From: a virus
Taxonomy: Duplodnaviria; Caudoviricetes
Length of the DNA: 64,000 nucleotides
Strand: one strand, 5' to 3'
IMG/VR virus record: IMGVR_UViG_3300036958_000333
Location: 208,849-272,848 of that record
The translations under genes and the position numbers were made by a program. Positions 19,865-30,900 of this stretch are shown here, piece by piece (position 1 is the stretch's first letter; the number at the start of each line of letters is the position of its first letter). The notes under the pieces were generated by a model. That model had not been told where the DNA came from, did no database searches, and worked only from the letters and a program-made list of their open reading frames with translations.

Positions 19865-20701
19865 ATGTTTTGTACTGGTGGAAATAAATGGTTTGTAATA
19901 AATGGAAATCTTGGAAATGTTTATTCTTGCCATATAAGATTTTATAAAAACGAAAAACAATTTAAATTGTCTGAAGATATTAAACTAAGAGAAGACGAAT
20001 GTAAAGAAACCAAATGTGATAATAAATGTGATTATTGTCATATAATAAAAAGTAATAAACGAGATGAAATTAAATCACAAAATCAAGTACATATATTGTT
20101 TTATACAAATGATATGTGCATGAATGAATGTGAATATTGTAATATTCCTTCTAAAAAAAGTAATAATCTAGATATAAATGATATGTCAATATTTTATAAA
20201 AATTTATTAAAAATATATCCTAATTATAATTATTCTATATTATTTTGTGGTGGAGAACCAACTTTTCATCCATATATTGAAAAATGTATTTTATATACAC
20301 ACGAAATATTGGGCGAAAGATTAAATTATGTAGAATTATATTCTAATGGAATATTAAATCATAAAATAGAAAAAATATTAAAATCATGTAAAAAAAAACA
20401 ATTAGATAAAATTATTTTTAGAATATCAGCTCATCCAACCGGAAAAATGTTTAATTTATATAATTGGACTAAAACTATATTATTAATTAAAAAATATAAT
20501 GCAAAACTATCAGTAAAGATAGTAAATCATGAATGTAACAAAATGTTTATTCCAATAATAAAAAATATAACTGAAAAATTAAATATAGAATTTCAAACTG
20601 TTCAAGATAATCACATGTATTTTCCTAGATATAATATGATTAGTAATATACTTTGTGATAAAAAAAACATTTTAAAAGAAAACTTTTTTATTAACTTGTA
20701 G
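19865..20701 (+). CDS. radical SAM protein with N-terminal SPASM/twitch-like Cys domain
   Basis: CMNECEYC, CGGEPTFH, YSNG; N-terminal CTGG..WFVI..GNVYSCH...C...C...CD; SAHPTGKMFN shared with 1728..2525. Confidence 0.85.
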   Translation: MFCTGGNKWFVINGNLGNVYSCHIRFYKNEKQFKLSEDIKLREDECKETKCDNKCDYCHIIKSNKRDEIKSQNQVHILFYTNDMCMNECEYCNIPSKKSNNLDINDMSIFYKNLLKIYPNYNYSILFCGGEPTFHPYIEKCILYTHEILGERLNYVELYSNGILNHKIEKILKSCKKKQLDKIIFRISAHPTGKMFNLYNWTKTILLIKKYNAKLSVKIVNHECNKMFIPIIKNITEKLNIEFQTVQDNHMYFPRYNMISNILCDKKNILKENFFINL

Positions 20702-21896
20702 TTCCTAAACACGGAACTAATTTAAAACAAGCTCCTGTTGCCATTTCCTCTTCTTTAGGAGGTGTAGGCAATACCCATGTAGGAGGAGTAAAAGAATCTA
20801 TAGTTACAACTATTGGAGGAATCTTTATATCAACAGTATAAGCAAACGAAGGAACCTCTATTGTTGGACATGGCTCAACGGTTGGAACTTCTGTACAAGG
20901 AACTGTTTCTGGACATTTTAATGTACATGGCGGACAAGGAATTACTGGAGGACTTGGAATCTCCCACGGTTCTATAATTGGACAATTAATTAAAGGAATA
21001 TCTGCCAACGGAGGTTCAAATTCACAAGGTTCACATATTGCATTATTTTCAGATATACAAGCGCAACAATCTCCAAGTTTTACTGTTAAAGATACTCCAA
21101 AATTAAAATCATTTATATTAGTCGATTCAAATCTTGATGTTTCCAATTCTGATTTACTATATATAACAATAGGATTTAAGTTATTAGTTATTGGATCGGC
21201 TTCTTTTTTTGGAATAAAAGAATAACTTTCATAATCTCCTATTATTGTTATATGAAATTGAACTTTAACATATGTGTCTGTTTCTTCTAAAACTTCATAC
21301 CAATAAATACCATATGGACAGTTTAAATCATCTTCTTGAACAGCTAGATTTTCCATATCCTTCAATCTATAATCTATTGAAAAATGATCTTGAGAATTAT
21401 CTATTCCAATTAATTCTTCTATTCCAAATAAAGCGTCTTTTAATGCGTTATGATGTTCTGCAACAACATATCCTCTAACCCATTCATTTACAACATGTAC
21501 TCTAGATGGAAGTTCACTTATTTTGGTTAATTTTTTAAATGCTATTACTCTTCTATATTTATTTTTTATATTTTCATCTATATATTTGTTTTCAAAAAAC
21601 AGCTCTATAGATCCATAATAATTTTCATTATTAGCCAATTCAACCTGAAGGTTTGGATAATATTCTATTTCTGTATCATTATAATATATTAATTCTCCTT
21701 CTACATTAATAATTCCATTGTCAAAATTCCAAATAGGTTTAGTAAACCATTCTCTTGGAACTATATAAATTATATCATCCGATAAATGAAAACTTTTTAA
21801 TAATTTAGATTCACTATTATTATAAACTTGATATAGATTTGTATTAGAATCCAAATCTTTTGGAAATAATATTTGAGGTGTTAATTTTAAATTCAT
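20691..21896 (-). CDS. virion structural protein with shared N-terminal domain and Cys/Pro-rich C-terminus
   Basis: FPKDLD..GII.V.GELIYY..AEHHNALKDA...E..IG shared with the next two genes; CEPCE..CPPC..CP..VPC tail. Confidence 0.65.
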   Translation of the reverse strand: MNLKLTPQILFPKDLDSNTNLYQVYNNSESKLLKSFHLSDDIIYIVPREWFTKPIWNFDNGIINVEGELIYYNDTEIEYYPNLQVELANNENYYGSIELFFENKYIDENIKNKYRRVIAFKKLTKISELPSRVHVVNEWVRGYVVAEHHNALKDALFGIEELIGIDNSQDHFSIDYRLKDMENLAVQEDDLNCPYGIYWYEVLEETDTYVKVQFHITIIGDYESYSFIPKKEADPITNNLNPIVIYSKSELETSRFESTNINDFNFGVSLTVKLGDCCACISENNAICEPCEFEPPLADIPLINCPIIEPWEIPSPPVIPCPPCTLKCPETVPCTEVPTVEPCPTIEVPSFAYTVDIKIPPIVVTIDSFTPPTWVLPTPPKEEEMATGACFKLVPCLGTTS

Positions 21897-21909
21897 TTAT
21901 ATTCCTATA

Positions 21910-24135
21910 TTAAAATAATATCATATCCCATTGTTTTGTTCCTACATCAGTTATATATTCAGGTCTTTGTTGTAATTTTTGAAAAGAAAGATTATCTATA
22001 TTAAATCTTCCAAAAGCATCATAACTATAATCATAACTAAAATATAAACTAGAATTATAAGCTTCTTTTGAGTCTTCATGAGAAGCTGAAACTAAAATTG
22101 CATTTTCATTTCTACTATCTGGATTATTATTATAAAAATTAGAAGAGTATGATTCTATTTGTCCTGATGTTAATGTCGTCCATACTTTAACTATAGGATC
22201 ATATTTATATAAATCACCTCTATTAGAATTAATATAAATTCCATTTTTTAAAGCATTCATTCCAAGTTCGGTTTTTGAAAAAGGAAGAGGACCATTTATT
22301 GTAATAAATGAAGGAAACTCAGTTTCAGACGATTCAGACAAACTTATAGGATTAAATTCAAAGAAATCTTCTAAATAATTATTTTTTGAGTTTCTTAATA
22401 TATAACCTTTATCTATATAACTAGTTGATTTCCATTTACAAGGTTTATTATTAGGATTTAATTTAATTTCCTTAGCATTTTTAAAACTATCCAAAGATAT
22501 ATCAGAATTAATATATCCTGAATTTATTTTGGACATTATAGTTTTATTTGTTATATCATAATATCTTATAGACTGATCCATTATTTCCATATCAGATAAA
22601 TCAACAAGTCCTCCAAATATAAATATTTTTCCAGTATCATAATATGGTATATATAACGTATACCAATTATATAATTTTCTTGTATTTAATGCGTTTTCTT
22701 TTAATATTATATTTTCAACAGATTTATATTTAGCAATATTTATTTCATTTACACTCTTAGACCATAAAATATATGAATCATCTGACCCACTTATTCCATG
22801 AAATCCTTTGTCATCTTTAAATGATATTTTAGTATCATCTATTAAAAAATCATATCCAAAATTAAAAGTAGGGTGATTTAATTTCCACGAATTTGATCTT
22901 ATAGAATATTCATTTATATTAAAATTACTAGAAACAGTATTTATATATCCTATCCAAACAGATGGTTTTTCCATTACATCTATAGCGTTTGGTATATAAT
23001 TTCCAACCCACGATCCATTTTCAGCTATAGCTTTTAAACCAATATGATATAATCCACCACTTTCAAATGAAATATTTATATAACTTGTTTTAGGTATTAA
23101 TTCACCAGATATTCCAGGAACATCCCATATATATTCTTTTATTTCAATATTACTATTATTAGAAAGATCTGGTTCTGCTATTACTTGAATTTGTTCTGTT
23201 TCTGATTTGCATCTTCTTAAACTCCACCCGTTTGCATCTTCTTTTCCATCTCCAGCTATTCTTATATCTATTCTTACAGGAGATTGATCTATTACTCTTA
23301 TAATATCTTTTAATAATATTCTGTCCGATCCAAATTCGTTTTTTACATATAAACTTAAACTATAAACTCCTGAATTTTTAAACTTATATTTAATTTCTTT
23401 ATTCCATGTTTTTTTTCTTTCAGTTTTAATTAATTTTTCGTTATTATAAATATTAAAAACATACTCTTTAGTATCTATATCTAAAGAAACAATTAACTTA
23501 AAAGAATCTTGTATACATTGAAATACCCACTGTACAGTATTATCTAGTTCTGGAGAAAACCCCGGTCTTATTCTTGTAGTAGAATCTTTAATTGTTATAT
23601 ATTCATTTGTTAATAATACATTAGGATATACAAAAAACCAAGGCTTTGGTTTTCTTATATTAGAAACATAAAAATTTGTAAACCATTCTATAGTAGACTG
23701 ATCATTGGTTTTTCTGTTTCCTACATATTTTTCTATATTTAATATTGCGTCTTTATTATAATTATGATTTTCAGCTACAACATTTTGTATTGCAATTGAT
23801 CCTATTGGAAAATATATTATTGTTTGACCATCTAAAATTGTTACATTTTTAAGTTGATTATTTTTTTTTCCGTTATAATGAAATAAAGCTGCTCTATATT
23901 TTGCTTCTCCATAATTTTCTTTTAAATATATAGTAACATACCCGGAATCAGGCCAATTATCTGAATTATCTAATTCTATTACTCCTTCTCCATTTTGCCA
24001 ATTATATGTATCTATATCATCTTTATCATATGGTTTAATTTCTTTTATTATAAAAGAATATAAGCTATCAACAACTGTTTTTAGTTCATATTCGGTATTA
24101 TATTTTTCTGGAAACATTGATTTTTCTGGAATCAT
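21910..24135 (-). CDS. virion structural protein with PKD-like and beta-propeller domains
   Basis: shared N-terminal domain (AENHN..KDAI..IE..VG); PKD-like GVYSLSLYVKNEFG; propeller-like FIFGG and YDP...W. Confidence 0.65.
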   Translation of the reverse strand: MIPEKSMFPEKYNTEYELKTVVDSLYSFIIKEIKPYDKDDIDTYNWQNGEGVIELDNSDNWPDSGYVTIYLKENYGEAKYRAALFHYNGKKNNQLKNVTILDGQTIIYFPIGSIAIQNVVAENHNYNKDAILNIEKYVGNRKTNDQSTIEWFTNFYVSNIRKPKPWFFVYPNVLLTNEYITIKDSTTRIRPGFSPELDNTVQWVFQCIQDSFKLIVSLDIDTKEYVFNIYNNEKLIKTERKKTWNKEIKYKFKNSGVYSLSLYVKNEFGSDRILLKDIIRVIDQSPVRIDIRIAGDGKEDANGWSLRRCKSETEQIQVIAEPDLSNNSNIEIKEYIWDVPGISGELIPKTSYINISFESGGLYHIGLKAIAENGSWVGNYIPNAIDVMEKPSVWIGYINTVSSNFNINEYSIRSNSWKLNHPTFNFGYDFLIDDTKISFKDDKGFHGISGSDDSYILWSKSVNEINIAKYKSVENIILKENALNTRKLYNWYTLYIPYYDTGKIFIFGGLVDLSDMEIMDQSIRYYDITNKTIMSKINSGYINSDISLDSFKNAKEIKLNPNNKPCKWKSTSYIDKGYILRNSKNNYLEDFFEFNPISLSESSETEFPSFITINGPLPFSKTELGMNALKNGIYINSNRGDLYKYDPIVKVWTTLTSGQIESYSSNFYNNNPDSRNENAILVSASHEDSKEAYNSSLYFSYDYSYDAFGRFNIDNLSFQKLQQRPEYITDVGTKQWDMILF

Positions 24136-24141
24136 ATTTTA

Positions 24142-25341
24142 TTACCCTATTATTATAGAATCATTTAATTTTATATTATCATTACTTCTATTTATGTTAT
24201 AACCTATTGTAGATTTTATTAATGTATTTGTTTCATTATATTTTTTACCTAATATTAATTCTTCTTTTGAAATTATCTCATTTTGACCTACGACAATAGG
24301 TGTCCTAAATTTATATGTTTTTATTGTTTCATTATAATCAACTACCTGAAGTTCAGGCCAAAAAATACCTTCTTTAATATAAGTATGATTAATAATATGA
24401 TTATATGATCCTTCTGTAATTTCAAAATTTCCGTCACCAAAATTCCATTTTCTTTTAATAACTATACCTCGAGTTTGATCTACAAATTGAACAGTTAAAG
24501 GAACACTACTATCATAATCTGGAATACCATAAGAATTAATACTAAGTTTTTTATAATTTTGCGGATTTCTTGAATAAGCTATAACATCATAAACGACATT
24601 ATTATCAAATACTTCTATATATTTATTTTTAGTTAAAAAGGATTTTTTTCCACCGGTAGATTTAAGTTTTAAAGTAACAGTATAATTTCCTGGTTTTAAA
24701 TAAGTATGACTGGTGTTTTTATTAAATTTTTCGTTTATATCAGATGATCCATATGGATCTCCAAAATCCCATTCAAAATCAATATATGGTTCTCCTATAG
24801 AAAGATTTAAAAAATTCACTAATAAAGGAGCATATCCTCTTCTTGGATATCCTATATACTTAGAACTAGGAGTAAACCATTTTATATCTAAATATTTTAC
24901 TCTACTAGTTAATGTTCCATTAATATCAGGCAAATCTGAAATCAAACCAATTTTTTGTTCACATTTTATTATAGCATCACGAATAGAATTATGATGTAAT
25001 GATGAAACACATCCAAGAACAACACTTCCAGAATTATGATTCATTGCCATACTTCCATTAAATCCTCTAATTAAATTATAAAAACAATTAGAGGAAACAT
25101 CTTTGTTTTTATAATATATTAATTCATCATTTATTCTTATAATTCCATATTCCGGAAAATGATAATTATCGTTAACATAAATATAATTACTATTAATATT
25201 TAATTTTGCCATTAATACAGAAATTGAATTGTTTTTAGCATTATGCAATGTAATTTCATTATCCAAATCTTTAGGAAATATTGACAAATCACCAATTTTG
25301 TAATCTTTAATTGTATTTAATATTTTAGTGTTTTCGTTCAT
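24142..25341 (-). CDS. virion structural protein with two PKD domains
   Basis: APLLVNF, WDFGD, HTY..PG.YTVTL and WNFGDG; shared N-terminal domain. Confidence 0.75.
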   Translation of the reverse strand: MNENTKILNTIKDYKIGDLSIFPKDLDNEITLHNAKNNSISVLMAKLNINSNYIYVNDNYHFPEYGIIRINDELIYYKNKDVSSNCFYNLIRGFNGSMAMNHNSGSVVLGCVSSLHHNSIRDAIIKCEQKIGLISDLPDINGTLTSRVKYLDIKWFTPSSKYIGYPRRGYAPLLVNFLNLSIGEPYIDFEWDFGDPYGSSDINEKFNKNTSHTYLKPGNYTVTLKLKSTGGKKSFLTKNKYIEVFDNNVVYDVIAYSRNPQNYKKLSINSYGIPDYDSSVPLTVQFVDQTRGIVIKRKWNFGDGNFEITEGSYNHIINHTYIKEGIFWPELQVVDYNETIKTYKFRTPIVVGQNEIISKEELILGKKYNETNTLIKSTIGYNINRSNDNIKLNDSIIIG

Positions 25342-25374
25342 ATAATTCCAACCTTATATTTAATTATATTTTCA

Positions 25375-26148
25375 TTAAATTAATCCTGTATTTCTAACTC
25401 GAGTTAATGATTTTTTTAAATCAGGATGTAAATTATCTATTAATGCTCTAAATAATGGATTATATTCAACTAACATTTTTTGAACCTCTAATTGTAAATT
25501 TTTAAAATAATTTTCCGGAAGTTTTTGATAAGATTTATCTTGTTTTTCTTTTATTTTTAATAAATCTGGACTACTAGTTATACAATAAAATACAGCTTCT
25601 GGATCTGGATCTTCTATATAAAATATAGCATTTATATCTTGTTTTACGGCTTCTAATTGTACTAACTTAGAAGGTTTATTGTTATAATATATTAATTTCC
25701 AATATTTTTTAACAGCATAAATATTTGCCAATTCACACATTTCTTTTTTTTCTCTAAAAAAATACTTTAAAATGTTTATATCTTTTTTTATAGCCTCCAT
25801 CTGTTCTTTTTCAGAAGGATCGTTTATAAAAATAATAGAAGATGGATTAATATTTATAGCTGTTAATCTTACTTTCTCAGAAGATTCAGTTACTTCTAAA
25901 ATATATTTTATAGAATTTGGATATTTTTTAACAGCCGCTAATTGTATTTTTTCAGTTGGTTTCGATATATGCTTTATAACTCTTGGATTTGTTAAAATAG
26001 CCTTCATTTGTACTTTTTCAGAAGGATTAGTAATATATTGTATATTATAAGGATCTCTATCAATTAATTTTAATTGTTCTTCTTCTGAAATATTATCGTA
26101 TTTATTTGATTCACTTATTTTATTTATGTAATCATTAAACTTCTTCAT
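25375..26148 (-). CDS. helical repeat protein (DUF4116-like) with capsid-targeting-like N-terminus
   Basis: repeats of PSEKVQL.AV...P..I.YI; N-terminus MKKFNDYINK; paralog of 41330..41881. Confidence 0.65.
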   Translation of the reverse strand: MKKFNDYINKISESNKYDNISEEEQLKLIDRDPYNIQYITNPSEKVQMKAILTNPRVIKHISKPTEKIQLAAVKKYPNSIKYILEVTESSEKVRLTAININPSSIIFINDPSEKEQMEAIKKDINILKYFFREKKEMCELANIYAVKKYWKLIYYNNKPSKLVQLEAVKQDINAIFYIEDPDPEAVFYCITSSPDLLKIKEKQDKSYQKLPENYFKNLQLEVQKMLVEYNPLFRALIDNLHPDLKKSLTRVRNTGLI

Positions 26149-26677
26149 AAGTTATTCTTTTTTCATTTATTCTTTCACCTATCATTCTTATTAGTTCATT
26201 CCTTACCTCAGAGTATTTTGGTAAATCTAATATAGACTGAATTAGGCTTATTGGAGGAAATTGTCCAATTAAAACATATGATTTTAATTCTTTTTGAAAT
26301 TTTTTGTTCCAATATTCCTCTTCTAATTGCTCCTTTTTAGTTAAATCTATCTTACCAACAAGATCTTTATATATATCATAAAATATATATACTTCTCTTT
26401 TAATATCTTCTATGATAATTTCAAATTCAGATATCTTTTTTAATACAATATGATCTTTTTGTTCTTGTTCTAATAATTTATTATATTCTATTATAATATT
26501 TTCATATGATTTTATTCTGCTTCTTATCTCTAAAACACATTGTTTATATTTTCCATAATCTGTTGGTTGAGAATTTATAATAAAGTTTCTTATTTGAAAT
26601 TCAGAATGTCCATAAGTTTCGTTATTTTTTGTATTATCTTTAAAATCTTTTATTAAATCTTCAAATTCAATATTCAT
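26135..26677 (-). CDS. hypothetical protein (coiled-coil)
   Basis: 180-aa ORF with AGGAG Shine-Dalgarno. Confidence 0.7.
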   Translation of the reverse strand: MNIEFEDLIKDFKDNTKNNETYGHSEFQIRNFIINSQPTDYGKYKQCVLEIRSRIKSYENIIIEYNKLLEQEQKDHIVLKKISEFEIIIEDIKREVYIFYDIYKDLVGKIDLTKKEQLEEEYWNKKFQKELKSYVLIGQFPPISLIQSILDLPKYSEVRNELIRMIGERINEKRITYEEV

Positions 26678-26740
26678 TTAAGCGCTCCTATAAAAAAAAA
26701 TATAAATATAAATAATAAAGAAAATAAAGGTATAAAATAT

Positions 26741-27289
26741 ATGACAAATAATTTATCTGGATCAAGATGCTATATAGCAAGACCAATAGAATTTGCTAAA
26801 AATAAAAACATAAATTTTACTAAATTAGAAAAATTTTTAAAATTAAATAATGTCAAAATATTAGATCCTAAAAAAATAAAATTTCATGGAATATCTGAAA
26901 TAAAAGATAGAAAAAAATTATTTAAAAACAACAATTTTGAAGAAATTAGATCTCAAATGAAAATAATAGTAAGAAAAGATCTAAGATGTGTTGATATATC
27001 AGATTTTATAATAGCATTTCTTCCAAAAGGGGTAAGAACAACAGGAACAATACATGAAATAATAGAATCAGATAGACAAAATAAACCAACATTACTAGTA
27101 TGTCCAGAAGGAAAAAAATATATACCAGCATGGTTTTTTGGAATAATAAAACTTGAATATATGTTCAATTCAATAGATGAATTAATAGAATATTTAAATA
27201 AAATAAATTCATTAAAAGAAATTATAAAAATAGATGATAGATGGCAATTTATAATAAAAGACCTTTTAGAAAAAGAAACAAATACATAA
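26741..27289 (+). CDS. nucleoside 2-deoxyribosyltransferase/nucleotide N-glycosidase-like protein
   Basis: YIARP, DLRCVDISD and GTIHE motifs of the NDT/Rcl/MilB fold. Confidence 0.75.
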   Translation: MTNNLSGSRCYIARPIEFAKNKNINFTKLEKFLKLNNVKILDPKKIKFHGISEIKDRKKLFKNNNFEEIRSQMKIIVRKDLRCVDISDFIIAFLPKGVRTTGTIHEIIESDRQNKPTLLVCPEGKKYIPAWFFGIIKLEYMFNSIDELIEYLNKINSLKEIIKIDDRWQFIIKDLLEKETNT

Positions 27290-27291
27290 TA

Positions 27292-27918
27292 TTAAGGAAC
27301 ATAAAATTTAATTGAAAAAAAAGACCATATTGGCGAATTAAAATCAAAAACAATATTACCGTTTTTTCTAGAAATATTTGAATATTCTGGTTTTATTAAA
27401 GTTTCGTCAGAAACTAAAGTTTCTCCAGAAACTTTATTTATTAAATAAAAATTTGATAAAATTATTTGATCTTGTGAATAATTATTTTTCTTAAAAAATA
27501 ACTTATCTGACAATTCAATAATATTAATATCTAAACTATATGTTTTAATTTCGTTTAATTCTAACATGTTATATATTAAATTACTATCATAAGATTCTTT
27601 TGGAGAAGAAGATATTTGTATTGTTGCAGAACTTTTTTTCAAATTTGTAAACTTAAGAATCCATTTTCCTGGAATTATATCTACAGGATCATATAATAAA
27701 TTCTTAGATAATGTATAAATAGGATAAATAATAATATTTTCTGGAGTAAATGATGTTTCTACAAAAATAGAACTTGTCTTTTTTAATAATTTAAATTCTA
27801 TAAATCCTGTTTCTTCTTTTTTAAATGAAGAACATTTCCAATAAAATCCAGAATATATCTTTTCTATTGTAAAATTAATAACAAAACCATATCTATGTAT
27901 TTGAACATTATAATCCAT
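27292..27918 (-). CDS. hypothetical protein
   Basis: 208-aa ORF overlapping the stop of the upstream GT gene. Confidence 0.6.
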   Translation of the reverse strand: MDYNVQIHRYGFVINFTIEKIYSGFYWKCSSFKKEETGFIEFKLLKKTSSIFVETSFTPENIIIYPIYTLSKNLLYDPVDIIPGKWILKFTNLKKSSATIQISSSPKESYDSNLIYNMLELNEIKTYSLDINIIELSDKLFFKKNNYSQDQIILSNFYLINKVSGETLVSDETLIKPEYSNISRKNGNIVFDFNSPIWSFFSIKFYVP

Positions 27919-30900
27919 TTTTTATTCTATAATATTCTTCCACAACCATATCGGCCGTATCATCAGTATATAATTTATGTTTTTTAATAAAATCATGTCC
28001 TTTATTAGCTATTTCTAATCTTTCATCTTCATGGTCCAGATAATATCTTATTTTATCAATTAAATCATCACCTCCTGTTGAAAATACAACAGGACAATTT
28101 TCTTTTCCATCAGATTCAAAAAATGTTCTTGTTGCTATAAAATCATCTGTAATAACAAATCCATTACAAGCTAATATCCAAATAGGCCTATCATTTAAAC
28201 AATTAACTCCAAAAGTTCCATTTTTTAAATTAACCTTAACACCATCTCTTTGTTCATCGGCATTAAAATTAACCATAATTTTTGTGTTTTTACAACATAT
28301 ATTAAAATCTTGCATAGGTAATATACCATAATAATGAGGATCATAAGATTCATCATAATATTCTTGTTTAAAATAAGTATCTGTAATTAAAGCTTTTTTC
28401 TGAATTTCTGATTTCCAAAGTCTGTTTCCATATATAGTAAAGCCAAAATCCTTTCCTACGCACGGTTTTATAAATTGATTTATCATATCTACACCTTTGT
28501 ATTGAACTTGATATCCTCCAATATACGCAACATCACAATGATATAGACTAGAATTATATTGATATGGGTAATGATATTGAGATGATGCATTTAAATGTTT
28601 AAATTTACATGGAATATTTTTTTCTTTTAACCATTCATATCCATATAATGAATTTGTCCACACTTGATCATATTTTAAAAACTCAACTGTTTCCATTGTA
28701 GAACGACACGAATCCATATTAAAATGCCAGAAAATAGTTAAATTATCTTTTCTTTTTCTAAAATGTTCTACTCCTCTCCAGCAAGAATTAGAAAATATAA
28801 TATCATATTCATCTGGATTCATTAAATCATAATTATATGTATCAAACATTTGGCACATATAAACATCTGATCTTGATTCAAATGAATTTTTTAACCAATG
28901 AACAACCTGATGTTCTCCTCCAATTCCATATTTATCTTCATAAGAAGAAACACCACACATAGATAAAACAGCGACTTTTAGTCCATTCTTATCTTTTAAA
29001 TTAAACTTATCGTCTTTTTTTAATATATCAATATCATATGTTATTGGATTAATATAAATCTTACTATAATTAGATTCTAATATATTATCTCTTAAATCGT
29101 TTATATTAAAAGATGGTTTTATAAAATATAATAATTTTGTTTGAATAATTATCATTTCTCCAAACAATATAATATCATAGTTTCTATGAGATAATAAAAT
29201 ATAACATAATCTATCAAATGAGTTAACATCAATTGGATTTATTATAGTATAATTACTCTCAAGTTTTCTTATTATTTTTTCTATATCTTGTTTCTCATTA
29301 AAATCTATAATTTGTAAATTAGTATAGTTAAATACTGATTTTGGTTTAAATTTTTCACAAAAAACAGAAAATCTTATTTGATTATTTTTAATATTTAAAT
29401 CAAAAACGTTATTTTTAATTATATTTTCTTTCTTTTCTTTTAAAATATCATCTTGTTCATTTTTTTCTATATCAATATAATTATTTGGAAAAGACTTTAT
29501 AAATTTATCTCTTTCTTCTTTTCTTTCAAATATTATTGTGTTTGTTATATTTGGATTTGTTCTATATTTATTATTATTTAATATTAAATTATTCCATTCT
29601 AAATCTATATCTTCTTTAAAATTATTTCTTATTGAATAAAAACAAAAAGGAACTCTAGAATAATTTTTTAAATTAAAATATTTTATAAATTCATTATCGC
29701 AAATACCATAAACCTTATTATTGTTTTGATTATCTATTAAAGCATAATGACAAATATTTAATCTTTCATTGTTATTAAAATAATCAAAAGTTTTTTCAAT
29801 AAAATCATTTGAAACTATAATATTAGAATATAAAGAAACAATAATATTATCATTATCAAAATAAGAAGATTTTAGAGATATATTATAAATATCATTAACA
29901 ATATTTATTTTATTTATCTTAATATTATTTTTTTCAAATGTTTTTAAAACATGTATTCTGTTATTTTTTAAACAATATACATAATATTTTATAATACCAT
30001 TATATTTATTATCTTTAATACTTTTAAGACAATAGTCTAAAATATTAATATCATTTATAATAATCACGAATGATATTAATTTTTTATTTCTTATTTCTAA
30101 TATTTTGTTTTTATATTTTAATACCTTATTTAGAATAAAACTACAAACGCTAGAAAAAGAATTCTTTTTATAATAATCTTTCATATATTCCAAAGAATAT
30201 AATTGTTTTTCATATATTAAATCTAAATTTGATAAATAAAACTTTAACTTTTCTGATAAATCATTTCCACCATCAGAATATTCAATACAATCTTTAAATA
30301 ATTCTTTTTGTTCATCGCTATTATCTGTAATAACAAAACATCCATTTTTTACAAGATCAAAAACCCTATTATTTATAAAACCAAGATTTAACTGGTCAGG
30401 TGAATTAAAATTAATAAATATTTTTGCTAAATCAGAAATATTATAACAATAACTTTTGTCTAAAATACCACTATAATAATATTCATATAATTTAGAAAAA
30501 TATTTTGAATCAAAAATTCCTTTTTCAAATAATTTTTTTTGCTCATCAAATAACCATTTTCTTCCACCATATATTTTGAAATTATAACTCATACATGGAA
30601 TAAGAAAATTATCTATTTTTTCTTGTGTTTTATATTCTGGATTATAATTTCCAAGATATATTATATCAATTTCTTTTTTAGACGGATGAATTATATCATT
30701 TAATCTTTCATAATAAGGAAACCCAGGAAACTGCAAGTATTCTGATATTATATTATCTTTAATTAATTGTTTGTGTAATAATAATGAAGAACTAAAATAA
30801 ATATCATACTTATTTGAAATAATACTATTAATATCTTTACCAAGATTTTCATTAAATAACCAAGTAGCCCAAATAGACTGCTTTTTATTAGAAATATTTA

